A DNA stretch of 34,627 bases, from positions 1-34,627 of the IMG/VR virus record IMGVR_UViG_3300020043_006768. One strand, given 5' to 3'. A program made the position numbers and the translations under genes. Positions 1 to 9,167 of this stretch are shown piece by piece; the first letter of the stretch is position 1, and every line of letters begins with the position of its first letter. The notes below the pieces were generated by a model. The model had not been told where the DNA came from. It ran no database searches and saw only the letters and a list, made by a program, of their open reading frames with translations. This stretch comes from a virus. Taxonomy: Duplodnaviria; Caudoviricetes.

Positions 1-121
1 CAAATCAGAACAAGCACATAGGAGCAGGATTGAACACTACGCATTGAAGGTTCAACAGCTTTATAATTCAGTATTGTTAGAGCTTGCAACGATTGCTAAA
101 AACATAAAATCCACAAAAAAG
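1..121 (+). repeat. Exact 121-bp copy of 1540..1660 (5' part of the minor head gene); probable contig-end chimera
   Basis: 1..121 is identical to 1540..1660 and diverges right after the shared CACAAAAAAG. Confidence 0.95.
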
Positions 122-128
122 AACAGAT

Positions 129-1523
129 ATGAAAGTAATTGAGATAACTCAAACGGAAGATATATCAGAGTCAATCAAAATTTTGAAAGGCTCAAAAAAA
201 GTTATTAATCTTGCTGAGTTGAAAAAACAGTATAATGTCGCTGAACATGATATTTTTGATACAACTAAACGACCAGACAAGTTGATTAAAAATGAAGATG
301 GTCAAACCGAAAGAACTGAAAAGGTTAACCGAATAGGTTTAGCTATTCAAAAAAGAGTCATTAAGTCTGCTGTGTCGTTTGCGTTTGGAAATCCTGTAAA
401 TCTGCAATGTCAACCAAAAAATGAACTTGAAAAACAGGTTATTTCTGTAATAAAAAGAATCCTAAAGTCAAATAAAATCAACTCTTTCAACAGGAAAATT
501 GCAAAAGATTTATTCCGCTCTACTGAGGTTGCGGAAATCTGGTTTACAGTTCCTATAAGTGAAAGCCATGAAGATTACGGATTTGCTACTAAATTCAAAC
601 TTAGAACTTTACAGGTAAGTCCGTGGAAGGGAGACGAGCTATTCCCAAAATTTGACGAAACAGGTAATATGATTTGTTTTAGTCGAGGCTATAAACGAAT
701 TGAAGGAAGTGACACGATAGAATATTTTGATGTTTATACCGATGAGGAGGTAGTTCAGTATAAAAAAACAAAAGAAGATTGGTTGAAATCTGAACCTAAA
801 ACCAATACAATTGGCAAAATACCAGTCGTTTATGCAACCGACGAACAAGCAGATTGGGAGGACGTTCAAAAAGCAATTGAACGCTTAGAAATCCTACTTT
901 CAAACTACTCTGACACAAACGATTACTTTGCTTCTCCCATCATTTTTATTGAGGGTGAAATCACAGGATTTGCAAAAAAAGGCGAAACTGGTAAGATTAT
1001 TCAAGGTGAAGTAGGCTCAAAAGCTCAATATCTTTCGTGGCAACACGCACCCGAAAGCGTGAAATTAGAGATTGAAACCCTATTTAAAATTATATACTCC
1101 CTCACTCAAACGCCAGATATTTCTTTTGAAAATGTAAAAGACTTGAATCAAATTTCGGGGGTTGCTCTTGAAATGTTATTCATGGATGCACACTTGAAGG
1201 TTCAAGAAAAGCGTGAGATTTTTGACGAGTATCTTGAAAGACGCTTGAATATCATCAAGGCTTTTGTGGGCAAGCTAAATACTCAACTTGCCAAAGCTAT
1301 AAGTACAATCGAGATAGAATCAGAAATAGTGCCTTATATCATCAATGACATTTCAACACTTATTGCCAATCTTGTTGAAGCCAATGGAGGTAAACCTATC
1401 TTGTCTCAAAAAACCTCCGTTGATAGGCTTGGACTTGTTGCCGACTCAGAAGAGGAATTTAAGCAGATTCAGGAGGAGGAAAAGGCAGCTTTGGTTGAAC
1501 AAATTGGAACAAGCGTTGTGTAA
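129..1523 (+). CDS. Phage portal protein, SPP1 gp6-like
   Basis: 464 aa; motifs SFAFGNPV, IGKIPVVY, SNYSDTNDYFASPI, SLTQTPDISF, SGVALEMLF; first gene of the head module. Confidence 0.9.
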   Translation: MKVIEITQTEDISESIKILKGSKKVINLAELKKQYNVAEHDIFDTTKRPDKLIKNEDGQTERTEKVNRIGLAIQKRVIKSAVSFAFGNPVNLQCQPKNELEKQVISVIKRILKSNKINSFNRKIAKDLFRSTEVAEIWFTVPISESHEDYGFATKFKLRTLQVSPWKGDELFPKFDETGNMICFSRGYKRIEGSDTIEYFDVYTDEEVVQYKKTKEDWLKSEPKTNTIGKIPVVYATDEQADWEDVQKAIERLEILLSNYSDTNDYFASPIIFIEGEITGFAKKGETGKIIQGEVGSKAQYLSWQHAPESVKLEIETLFKIIYSLTQTPDISFENVKDLNQISGVALEMLFMDAHLKVQEKREIFDEYLERRLNIIKAFVGKLNTQLAKAISTIEIESEIVPYIINDISTLIANLVEANGGKPILSQKTSVDRLGLVADSEEEFKQIQEEEKAALVEQIGTSVV

Positions 1524-1525
1524 TT

Positions 1526-3259
1526 ATGTCAAAAGACCCCAAATCAGAACAAGCACATAGGAGCAGGATTGAACACTACGCATTGAAGGTTCAACAGCTT
1601 TATAATTCAGTATTGTTAGAGCTTGCAACGATTGCTAAAAACATAAAATCCACAAAAAAGGACAAAGTATTTTCTTTCTCTGACTACCCTCAAACGAGTA
1701 AACGTCTCAAAGAAACGCTTGAAAATTACGCAAGTAGTCTTGTAATTGCCATCAACAAAGGAACGACCGAAGAATGGTATGAAGCAAGCCAGAAGAAAGA
1801 CACCAAACGCCCCGAAACTGACATCTATAATGCTCGGAACAAAGAAGCCCTTAAAGCCTTTCAAGATAGGGCGGATGCAGGAATAACGCTATCTGATAGG
1901 GTTTGGAAGAACACACAGCAGATGCAGCAAGAAGTTGAGCTCGCTTTATCAGGTGGAATATTGGAAGGAAAGTCGGCGGCTGAACTTGCTCGAAACATTC
2001 AAGGGCAATTGAAAGAGCCAAACAAATTGTTTCGTCGAGTGCGTGACGAGTTCGGTATTTTACAGCTTTCAAAAAAGGCCTTGGCATATTCCCCTGGTCA
2101 AGGTGTTTACCGTTCGTCTTTCAAAAATGCACTTCGCCTCACTCGCACCGAAATCAATATGGCTTATCGCACGTCAGACCATTTTAGATGGCAAAACGAC
2201 CCTTCGGTGGTAGGTTTTGAAGTACGTTTGTCGAATCGACACATTGTGAGGGATATTTGCGACGATTTGAAAGGAGTATATCCAAAAGACTTTTTGTACC
2301 GTGGATGGCACGTTCAATGCTTGTGCTATAAAGTACCAATCTTAATGAATGACAAAGACTATGATGTGGTCCAGAAATCAATTCTCAACGGTGAAGAAAT
2401 TCCGAAAGGCTTCAAAGCATCAAATCAAGTCGATGATGTGCCGAAAGGTTTCAAGGAGTGGGTCAAAAACAACACTGAAAAATCAAAGAACTGGAAGCAA
2501 CAGCCATATTTCATCAAGGATAACTTTGAGAGTGGCAAGATGTCAGGCGGTCTGAAAGATAGTCTAAAATCTATCAAACTTGATAAGATTGAAAAGTTCA
2601 AGTTGACTAATGCTTTGATTGAAGAATTGACATTAAGCAACAAAATCGACTTTACAGGTAGAGTCGAGAATTTTAATAAAATCATGGAAGGCTTCGACTT
2701 GAAGACTTTTGACGACAAAGTAACAGCAATTTTCAAAGAAAAAGGTTTGTCTTTTACTGAAAAACAAGTGTCAATATCCAACTCAAAAGTTAATATCTTC
2801 TATAAAGGCGACGGTATGGCACTCGAAAGAACATTTCATTTCAACGGATTGAAAAACGTTGACCATGATTATTTCAAGATACCAAAAGGCGTTCAAGGTG
2901 GAGGTTTGTCTAAACAGTTATTCAGAGTCTTATACGAGCAGTATCAAAACGCGGGCATTCAAATACTGAATGTTCATGCCAATATTGACGTGGGCGGATA
3001 CACGTGGGCAAAATACGGTTTTGGGGCAACTAATAATGAGTTCGTTTACAATTTGGCAAAAGAAAGGCTTAACAAGTCAGAATTTGCCAATTTCAATAAG
3101 ATTTGGGATAAGTCTAAAGACAAAAAAAAGCTCTTGAATTTGATTTCAAAAGCTCCTTTTGGTAAGAAAACGTTACTTGGTTCAGACTGGTACGGTAATA
3201 TTGATTTGAGGAATGATGGCGAAAGGTCAATCTTCGAGAAATATATTTTTGGAAAATAG
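1526..3259 (+). CDS. Minor head/morphogenesis protein (MuF / SPP1 gp7-like) with C-terminal GNAT-like extension
   Basis: Follows portal; LSDRVW, ALRLTRTEINMAYR, ICDDLKG, HVQCLC (HPxCRC-like). C-terminal ~150 aa has QGGGLSKQLF (acetyl-CoA loop-like) and HANIDVGGYTWAKYGF. Confidence 0.8.
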   Translation: MSKDPKSEQAHRSRIEHYALKVQQLYNSVLLELATIAKNIKSTKKDKVFSFSDYPQTSKRLKETLENYASSLVIAINKGTTEEWYEASQKKDTKRPETDIYNARNKEALKAFQDRADAGITLSDRVWKNTQQMQQEVELALSGGILEGKSAAELARNIQGQLKEPNKLFRRVRDEFGILQLSKKALAYSPGQGVYRSSFKNALRLTRTEINMAYRTSDHFRWQNDPSVVGFEVRLSNRHIVRDICDDLKGVYPKDFLYRGWHVQCLCYKVPILMNDKDYDVVQKSILNGEEIPKGFKASNQVDDVPKGFKEWVKNNTEKSKNWKQQPYFIKDNFESGKMSGGLKDSLKSIKLDKIEKFKLTNALIEELTLSNKIDFTGRVENFNKIMEGFDLKTFDDKVTAIFKEKGLSFTEKQVSISNSKVNIFYKGDGMALERTFHFNGLKNVDHDYFKIPKGVQGGGLSKQLFRVLYEQYQNAGIQILNVHANIDVGGYTWAKYGFGATNNEFVYNLAKERLNKSEFANFNKIWDKSKDKKKLLNLISKAPFGKKTLLGSDWYGNIDLRNDGERSIFEKYIFGK

Positions 3260-3442
3260 CCTGTTGTATTCGTCAAGATTCTTTTTCAATTCTTCCATTT
3301 CTATTTCATAAATTTCAATAGCCGTTTCTGCTTTCATTCCGTCAGCAATACAGCCTAAAGCTGCGAAACAAGTGTGTTTAAGGTCGGTTTCTGCATCAAC
3401 TGTAAATTCAGAGTGCATGGCTGTTGTCAATTCTTCTTTCAT
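3227..3442 (-). CDS. Small acidic hypothetical protein; candidate immunity/antitoxin for the MuF extension
   Basis: 71 aa, ATG with AT-rich leader, converges on and overlaps the MuF 3' end by 33 bp. Function is inference only. Confidence 0.55.
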   Translation of the reverse strand: MKEELTTAMHSEFTVDAETDLKHTCFAALGCIADGMKAETAIEIYEIEMEELKKNLDEYNRLFSKNIFLED

Positions 3443-3469
3443 TTCTATTTCGTTTCTATTTTTTTTATG

Positions 3470-3790
3470 TCAATTAATAGTCGGTTTAATCGGTACACCC
3501 CTCAAAGGCACACCTAAAAGGACTTTTTGCGAACAGTCGCCTAAAAGATAATCACACGCCAAACTTGCTATTGCGGAGGCTTGAACGCCTTGAATTTCAT
3601 TAATATCTGATTCGTTTTTGATTCCTTCGAGAATATCCAAAGCGGCTTCGTAGCCTCTTTTTACTTGAATATTTACTGCAAGTTTCATGCCTACCTCTTC
3701 AAGCCTATCTTGAATTAAGTCGAAAGTTCGGTCTATTTCTTCTTCGGTTGGAGGAATTGATATTGGCGGCTCAAATGTTTTTTCGTTCAT
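3470..3790 (-). CDS. Hypothetical acidic helical protein
   Basis: 106-aa ORF co-oriented with the minus-strand block, ATG after AT-rich leader. Confidence 0.65.
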   Translation of the reverse strand: MNEKTFEPPISIPPTEEEIDRTFDLIQDRLEEVGMKLAVNIQVKRGYEAALDILEGIKNESDINEIQGVQASAIASLACDYLLGDCSQKVLLGVPLRGVPIKPTIN

Positions 3791-3859
3791 GGTTTCTTAT
3801 TTTTGAGTAGTAAAATTAACTGTTTTTGTTGGAAATTGGCGGAGTTTTATTTGTTTCCA

Positions 3860-4090
3860 TTATCCTTCATCAACATAATAAGTTCCTAAATCTTCCATGT
3901 CAAGCCCATAAAATGAAGAAATATTTAGTAAAGTATTTACGTCAATATTATTTCCGTTTTCGGCTCTGGAAAGGCTTGAATGAGAAATGCCGATTTGTGG
4001 GGCAACTTCCCTAAGCGAGTTGTTTAAATCTATTGATTGACGGTTTTCTCTTATATCTCTACCGAATTTTGTAAAATTAAATGTTTTCAT
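3860..4090 (-). CDS. XRE-family helix-turn-helix regulator
   Basis: SLREVAPQIGISHSSLSRAENG is a typical HTH_XRE pattern; ATG at 4090 preferred over 4099. Confidence 0.85.
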   Translation of the reverse strand: MKTFNFTKFGRDIRENRQSIDLNNSLREVAPQIGISHSSLSRAENGNNIDVNTLLNISSFYGLDMEDLGTYYVDEG

Positions 4091-4532
4091 AGTATTCAAT
4101 TTTAGACTTTTGCTCCTCGGTTAAAATTCTCCAACCTTGACAACCTTTCATTTCAAAAGGCTTGATTGCACGCACGTTCTCGTAAACATGACAGTAAAGA
4201 CCTTCACGATACCTTACAAAACACTTTTCCTTGTCTTCGGGTGTCATTGGTCGGCAGTCCACCAGGTCACCAATGGCAATTGCATTTCCAAAATTACCCA
4301 AAGTTTGAGCCTTAAAGGTTAGCTCTGAATAAAGCCTATCTCTTGTGTTTCCAGATATTCTGTCAACCTCTCTAAATGAATACTCTTCTTTAGACGCACA
4401 AATCAAAACCTTTCCACGCACATTAGTTTTCCATGTACGAGTTTCAATCTTGCCAATCAACATGGCTGAGGCATAAGGTTGCTTCCACCAAAGAGCCATT
4501 ACTTTTTCATTTTGTAAGTCAGTTGTTTGCAT
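4077..4532 (-). CDS. ASCH-domain (PUA-like) protein
   Basis: KQPYASAMLIGKIETRTWKTNVRGKVLICAS (GxKxxExR-like), AIAIGDLVDCRPM, PFEMKGCQGW. Confidence 0.85.
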   Translation of the reverse strand: MQTTDLQNEKVMALWWKQPYASAMLIGKIETRTWKTNVRGKVLICASKEEYSFREVDRISGNTRDRLYSELTFKAQTLGNFGNAIAIGDLVDCRPMTPEDKEKCFVRYREGLYCHVYENVRAIKPFEMKGCQGWRILTEEQKSKIEYYENI

Positions 4533-4716
4533 GATGAGTATTTTCGTTTAGTTCAACAAATTTATCACAGTCATTGAAGCTCGGTTTTATATATGACTGC
4601 TGTTTTGATACTGAATTTAAGTGTATTTCGTAACGTCTGCACTTATGGCGAAGAGTACATTTATACTTTTCGTGTGTTGCCGAGCAAGCGGATATGTCTG
4701 TCATTTCAAAATTCAT
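4519..4716 (-). CDS. Small Cys-rich hypothetical protein
   Basis: 65 aa, DISAC..C..RHKCRRY..C pattern; overlaps the ASCH start. Confidence 0.6.
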   Translation of the reverse strand: MNFEMTDISACSATHEKYKCTLRHKCRRYEIHLNSVSKQQSYIKPSFNDCDKFVELNENTHHANN

Positions 4717-4725
4717 CTTTTAGGT

Positions 4726-5241
4726 TTACAAAATAATTATTTCAAATTCATTATTGCGTTCGATATAGGCAAACACATCTCTTTTATTAAACTCGCCTGT
4801 TAAAATCAGCGACTTGTTAAAGGTTTCTTTGTAATACAAAGCATACTCTTTTGAAATAGTCCAAGACAAGCCTTTATCGGCTCGGTCGTTTGTTGCTCGG
4901 TATGCTTCAAAGCTATCTGGCATTTCACGAAGTCTCTTTGCCTCTTCGGGTGTGCTGAAATAATGCCTTTGCTTTCGCTTCGACTGCATTAATTTTCTGA
5001 ATGTGTCAGCATTTTCAACAGTGCCACAAAGAACCCAAATAGTCCGCATTAGTTCCCAATATCGCTCGTCTGATAAGTTGCCTTGTTCTTTGAGGTAGAT
5101 GTTCAAAACCTTTTCTTCATCTTGCTCTACATCCCAAGCAAGAATTATTTTGGCGGCGATTTTACTATCTCTCATTAATACCTTTTTAGGTAGCTGAGGG
5201 TAACGCCTTGTCATTGAGTTTTGTAGGTTGTTTGGGGTCAT
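4726..5241 (-). CDS. Putative R-S-E-type ADP-ribosyltransferase-fold protein
   Basis: C-terminal AYRA...GLSWTISKEYA...ERNNEFEIII matches the [YF]R / SxT / ExE arrangement of RSE ART folds. Confidence 0.5.
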   Translation of the reverse strand: MTPNNLQNSMTRRYPQLPKKVLMRDSKIAAKIILAWDVEQDEEKVLNIYLKEQGNLSDERYWELMRTIWVLCGTVENADTFRKLMQSKRKQRHYFSTPEEAKRLREMPDSFEAYRATNDRADKGLSWTISKEYALYYKETFNKSLILTGEFNKRDVFAYIERNNEFEIIIL

Positions 5242-5252
5242 ATATTTAGTTT

Positions 5253-6206
5253 TTAAGAGGGGCCGCAGCTTTGTCCAAAAGCACCAGTTGGCAAAATCCA
5301 GTTTTTGGTAAATATGTCACCAGTATATTTTTTAGAAGTTGATATTTTTACTAAACTTTTCGTAATTGATTCATAAGGCTTTCCTTTTTGAATCAAGTCA
5401 TTAATTGATTCGGTTCTTTTTAGAGTTACGCCAAAATTTTGCTCATAATCTTGCAAAGCCTTTGATTTACAAGGTGAAATCAGATTAGCACTTGCGAACT
5501 GGTCGGCATTTCCGAAAATACAAAACTTGCAACTGCATCTTGAAAATCCCATATAATAGCATGGATGGACAACTATTTTATACTTTTTTATAATATCCCA
5601 TACTTGGATTTCTTGCCAGTCACGAATTGGTCTATACCTATCAACCTCTCGTTTCCCTTTAAGATTTGCCCTATCTGGCTCTAAAATGGCGTAGTTAGCA
5701 CGTGCTTTACTTTCTTCACCACGTTCACCAGAAATTACAAGTGTTTTAATTCCATTGAATCGGTCTTGTTTTCTAATTGCCATAGAGCAAATATCTATTT
5801 TTAGGTAAGCAGAACACCAGCGAACAGATAAGTCAGGACTTATTTGAGGAAACTTTCTTCGTGTACTTTCTTTGCCCCTTTCCCCACCTGCCTTCGCTCT
5901 GCCTGTGGGTGTTTCAAAATGAGTAGGAGCGGTCAAACTGTTTTCCCTAAGCATTTCTCTTTCAAATCCGCCTTCTTTCCAAGAAAAGTAAATAGGAACA
6001 TTGAACGCCTCGGCAAATTTTCTGCAATAATCTTCAGTTACTTCCCAATCCATCAAAGTATCATGCTCTCCATCGACCAGATGATGCCACACTTCTATTT
6101 TGGATTTCTCAACTCCAATTTCAAGAAGATGTAAAAAACACGCCATAGAGTCTTTACCACCCGAAAAAGCAACAATGTATTTATCATATCCTAAAACATC
6201 TCTCAT
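5253..6206 (-). CDS. PAPS-reductase-family (PP-loop) protein
   Basis: IVAFSGGKDS PP-loop, RWCSAYLK, GERGEES..R, RPIRDW, HPCY..GFSRCSCKFCIF. Confidence 0.88.
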   Translation of the reverse strand: MRDVLGYDKYIVAFSGGKDSMACFLHLLEIGVEKSKIEVWHHLVDGEHDTLMDWEVTEDYCRKFAEAFNVPIYFSWKEGGFEREMLRENSLTAPTHFETPTGRAKAGGERGKESTRRKFPQISPDLSVRWCSAYLKIDICSMAIRKQDRFNGIKTLVISGERGEESKARANYAILEPDRANLKGKREVDRYRPIRDWQEIQVWDIIKKYKIVVHPCYYMGFSRCSCKFCIFGNADQFASANLISPCKSKALQDYEQNFGVTLKRTESINDLIQKGKPYESITKSLVKISTSKKYTGDIFTKNWILPTGAFGQSCGPS

Positions 6207-6406
6207 CTCAAAGGAATTAAACTAACTTTTACAAATTTATTTTCAAATGGATTTTCAGCACGGATTTTGGAATCATAGAGCTGATTGACACCGCAACCGA
6301 TTTCTTTCTTGCTAAAAATCAAGTAGATTCGTTTCAACTGCTTGAAATGACTCGGAGGTTTTCCGTCTTTGAACTCTAATAGGTAGATTACGTCTTTGTG
6401 TTTCAT
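6203..6406 (-). CDS. Hypothetical basic protein
   Basis: 67 aa; its stop overlaps the next start (ATGA). Confidence 0.6.
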   Translation of the reverse strand: MKHKDVIYLLEFKDGKPPSHFKQLKRIYLIFSKKEIGCGVNQLYDSKIRAENPFENKFVKVSLIPLR

Positions 6407-6416
6407 AGGGTTTGAT

Positions 6417-6662
6417 TTACTCTAAAGGTTTGATTAATTCGTAACTAACTAAAACGGTTGGAGCTTCTTTAGCTTCACAGAAAAACAAGCCATTGTGTTT
6501 TACTGCAAATATTCTAACCCTCCAATCTTTAAATATTTTATTAAAGACCATTACTCGGTCTCCTTGTTTCGGAGTCCATTCCTCATTTGTAATTATACTG
6601 TCTGAGGTTAAGATAATATCTGTGCTTGCCTTCGTTTTTCTCCTTTTTAAGTTATTCATCAT
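6417..6662 (-). CDS. Hypothetical protein
   Basis: Start likely at MMNNLK (6662 or 6659), downstream of a minus-strand -7 box at 6704..6711. Confidence 0.55.
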   Translation of the reverse strand: MMNNLKRRKTKASTDIILTSDSIITNEEWTPKQGDRVMVFNKIFKDWRVRIFAVKHNGLFFCEAKEAPTVLVSYELIKPLE

Positions 6663-6703
6663 CTTTCCGAACGTTAGAAAAACCGTGTTAAATCTGACTT
6701 TAA

Positions 6704-6767
6704 CAAAGGTATGAAAAATAAATTGCATTTACATTTATAATCTAATCGTAAATTAATTTTATCTTTG
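6704..6767. promoter_or_regulatory. Divergent promoter pair with a central quasi-palindromic site
   Basis: TACCTTTG on - (6704..6711) and TATCTTTG on + (6760..6767) match the Bacteroidota TAnnTTTG box; a 33-bp motif lies at 6724..6756. Confidence 0.65.
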
Positions 6768-6806
6768 AATTACACTCAAAAAGTAAAAATTAACTGTAAT
6801 TCAATT

Positions 6807-7427
6807 ATGAAGGACAAAATATTGCTCGCTCTGAGAAACAAGTATAAAAACTTGGGTCTTGGGGAAAAAGTACTTGAAGGGATTGCTGATATATTGGCAC
6901 TAACTACAACCGATGAAACCCAAATTGACAATGCTGTGAATGGGGTCGAAACTCTTGCTAAAGGCTTTCAAAGTGATGCTGACCGTATTCGTACTGAGGC
7001 AACTTCAAAAGCTAAAGCAGAACAAACAAAAGGGGCAGAACCTCCAAAGTCTGAACCACCAAAAGAAGAAATACCATCTTGGTTTAAGGGGTTTTCTGAT
7101 TCATTAACTGCACGTTTAAGTGCTATCGAATCAGGCAAAACAACTGAATCAAGAAAATCAATCCTTGAAGGGAAATTGAAAGATGCTGCTCCTTCGGTCA
7201 AAGCAAAAATTCTCAAAGATTTTCAACGAATGACTTTTGAAAAAGACGAGGATTTTGACAGCTATTTGACAGAAACAGAAGCGGATTTAACAACTCTGAA
7301 TCAAGATTTTGCAAATCAAGGGTTGGCAAACGGACACGTTCCGCCAGTCGCAGGTGCAGGTGCAACGGAAAAGGTAATCGAAGCCGACATTGCAGCTTGG
7401 GCGGCGGCATCAAATCCAGCGAAATAA
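6807..7427 (+). CDS. Capsid scaffolding protein
   Basis: MKDKILLALRNKYKNLGLG..., FQSDADR, Pro/Lys linker, helical; precedes decoration and capsid genes. ATG at 6807. Confidence 0.75.
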   Translation: MKDKILLALRNKYKNLGLGEKVLEGIADILALTTTDETQIDNAVNGVETLAKGFQSDADRIRTEATSKAKAEQTKGAEPPKSEPPKEEIPSWFKGFSDSLTARLSAIESGKTTESRKSILEGKLKDAAPSVKAKILKDFQRMTFEKDEDFDSYLTETEADLTTLNQDFANQGLANGHVPPVAGAGATEKVIEADIAAWAAASNPAK

Positions 7428-7455
7428 AATTATTAACCCTTAAATTTTCAATTGA

Positions 7456-8043
7456 ATGAAAATTACAAAAGAAACGGTATCGGACGGAATCGTAGTATTT
7501 CAGAAGGTTATCGAAACGGCACAGGGTGGCTTTACGCTTGAAACTTCTGATTTAGTAGTTGATGCTAACTTGAAAGCAGGCACTTTAATTGGGGCAACTG
7601 CCGCAAATGAAACTGCTCGACGAGTTACGGTAATCAAAACCGTTTTGGTGTATGAAAATGCAACAAATACGGCTACTGACATCAAGATTGCGAAAGGACA
7701 TCATTTTAAAGTTGGCAATTACATTGCTGCCGTAAAAGGCGGTAAGGCTTATGCAATTACTGTAATTGATACCTCAAACGCATTGTACGACACAATCACC
7801 GTCGGCACGACTCTTGGGGTTGCCTTGACTGCTGGGGATGTATTGTTTCAATCAACAGCCACAGGTGCAAGTGCTGCTGCCTATGTACGCCCTTTGGGTT
7901 TGCTGTACGAAGACACTACAATCGAATCAGAAGTGGGCGTTGCTATTGTTATTCGTGGAACTGTTTACGGTCGCCGTACAACTGGACTACACGCTACAAT
8001 TTTGGCGGACATTCCGAACATCTTGGTTTCAAATTCTTATTAA
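7456..8043 (+). CDS. Head decoration / head fibre protein
   Basis: Between scaffold and capsid; LKAGTLIG, IAKGHHFKVG, PLGLLYEDT, VAIVIRGTV. Confidence 0.7.
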   Translation: MKITKETVSDGIVVFQKVIETAQGGFTLETSDLVVDANLKAGTLIGATAANETARRVTVIKTVLVYENATNTATDIKIAKGHHFKVGNYIAAVKGGKAYAITVIDTSNALYDTITVGTTLGVALTAGDVLFQSTATGASAAAYVRPLGLLYEDTTIESEVGVAIVIRGTVYGRRTTGLHATILADIPNILVSNSY

Positions 8044-8068
8044 TTTAACCTCTAATTTCTAAAAAGAA

Positions 8069-9166
8069 ATGGCAAAAATTAAATCATTATTTGGGGCATA
8101 TTCGGATAAATTGCAAGTTATCATTGATACTTCAAAAGCCGCATTTGCTCCCCGCTGGTATCCGCAATATTTCAATTTTGCACCAGCTCAACAGTCGTTG
8201 ACCTTCACCTCTGCCGTTGGTCGTCAGAGAATTGAAGCGGCTGCATCTATTGTCAATCGTGATTCTGCTTCTCCTTTACGTTCACGTCAAGGGCTTGAAA
8301 AATACACAGGCGATATTCCAGCAATTAAGGAAAAGATGAAAATGACCGAGGAAGATTATCGTAACTTCCTTTCTATGCAGTCTCTGAACGTTGATGAGGC
8401 TACAAAGCGTCAACAGTTGCTTGATTTGCTTTTTGGCGATGTGCGAAAAGTTGGTGAGTCCGCTCATAAACGCCTTGACATTATGTGTCTTGAAGCTGTT
8501 TCGACAGGTAAAATCTCGTTGGACATTATCAATAACCCTGACGGTTTAGTTTTGGCTAACCCTTTGGATTTATTGATGCCTTCATCAAACAGGTCAAACG
8601 CTGCTGTATCTTGGGCTACTGCCGCAACTGCTACTCCAATTGCGGATATTCAAGCAGTTATTCAGGCGGCATCAGACAAGGGTATTTCTTTTCAAAAAAT
8701 CTTGATGTCGAACAACCTTTGGTTGAAGTTTAAGGTTACGAAAGAAGTGCTTGATACAATGCAAGCGTATTTCTACGGCCCCAAGCCTGGTTCTGGATTT
8801 AATCCAGTTGCGATTTCAACTCTTGGCCGTGTCAATGAGTATATGACGGCTAATCGTTTGCCTGTTATTGAAATTGTGGACGTGCCTGTTGGCATTGAAA
8901 AAGATGGTGATATTAGCACTATCCGACCTTTCAATGAAAACAATGTATCTTTCATTCCTTCGGGGATTTTAGGTTCTGTGAAAAATGCTATTTCGATTGA
9001 ACAAATCAGCCCAGTTGAACAAGTGAAGTATGCAACTTATGACCGTGCGTTGATTTCTAAATGGTCTGAAAACGACCCTTTCGGAGAGTACACAGGCGTA
9101 GAGTTGAACGCCTTCCCTGCTTTCGAGAAGATTGATTCTACTTTCATTCTAACAGCAGTACTCTAA
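8069..9166 (+). CDS. Major capsid protein (lambda gpE-like, HK97 fold)
   Basis: 365 aa; SPLRSRQG..GDIPAIKEK, AVSTGKI, W..ATATPIADI, NAFP; gene order. Confidence 0.88.
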   Translation: MAKIKSLFGAYSDKLQVIIDTSKAAFAPRWYPQYFNFAPAQQSLTFTSAVGRQRIEAAASIVNRDSASPLRSRQGLEKYTGDIPAIKEKMKMTEEDYRNFLSMQSLNVDEATKRQQLLDLLFGDVRKVGESAHKRLDIMCLEAVSTGKISLDIINNPDGLVLANPLDLLMPSSNRSNAAVSWATAATATPIADIQAVIQAASDKGISFQKILMSNNLWLKFKVTKEVLDTMQAYFYGPKPGSGFNPVAISTLGRVNEYMTANRLPVIEIVDVPVGIEKDGDISTIRPFNENNVSFIPSGILGSVKNAISIEQISPVEQVKYATYDRALISKWSENDPFGEYTGVELNAFPAFEKIDSTFILTAVL

Positions 9167-9167
9167 T

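Noticed and set aside
5253-6206. cysH sulfur-assimilation auxiliary gene or a complete Dnd phosphorothioation system
   Set aside because: No C-terminal ECGLH-type motif, and no dndA/B/D/E or cys genes nearby; only family-level assignment is supported.
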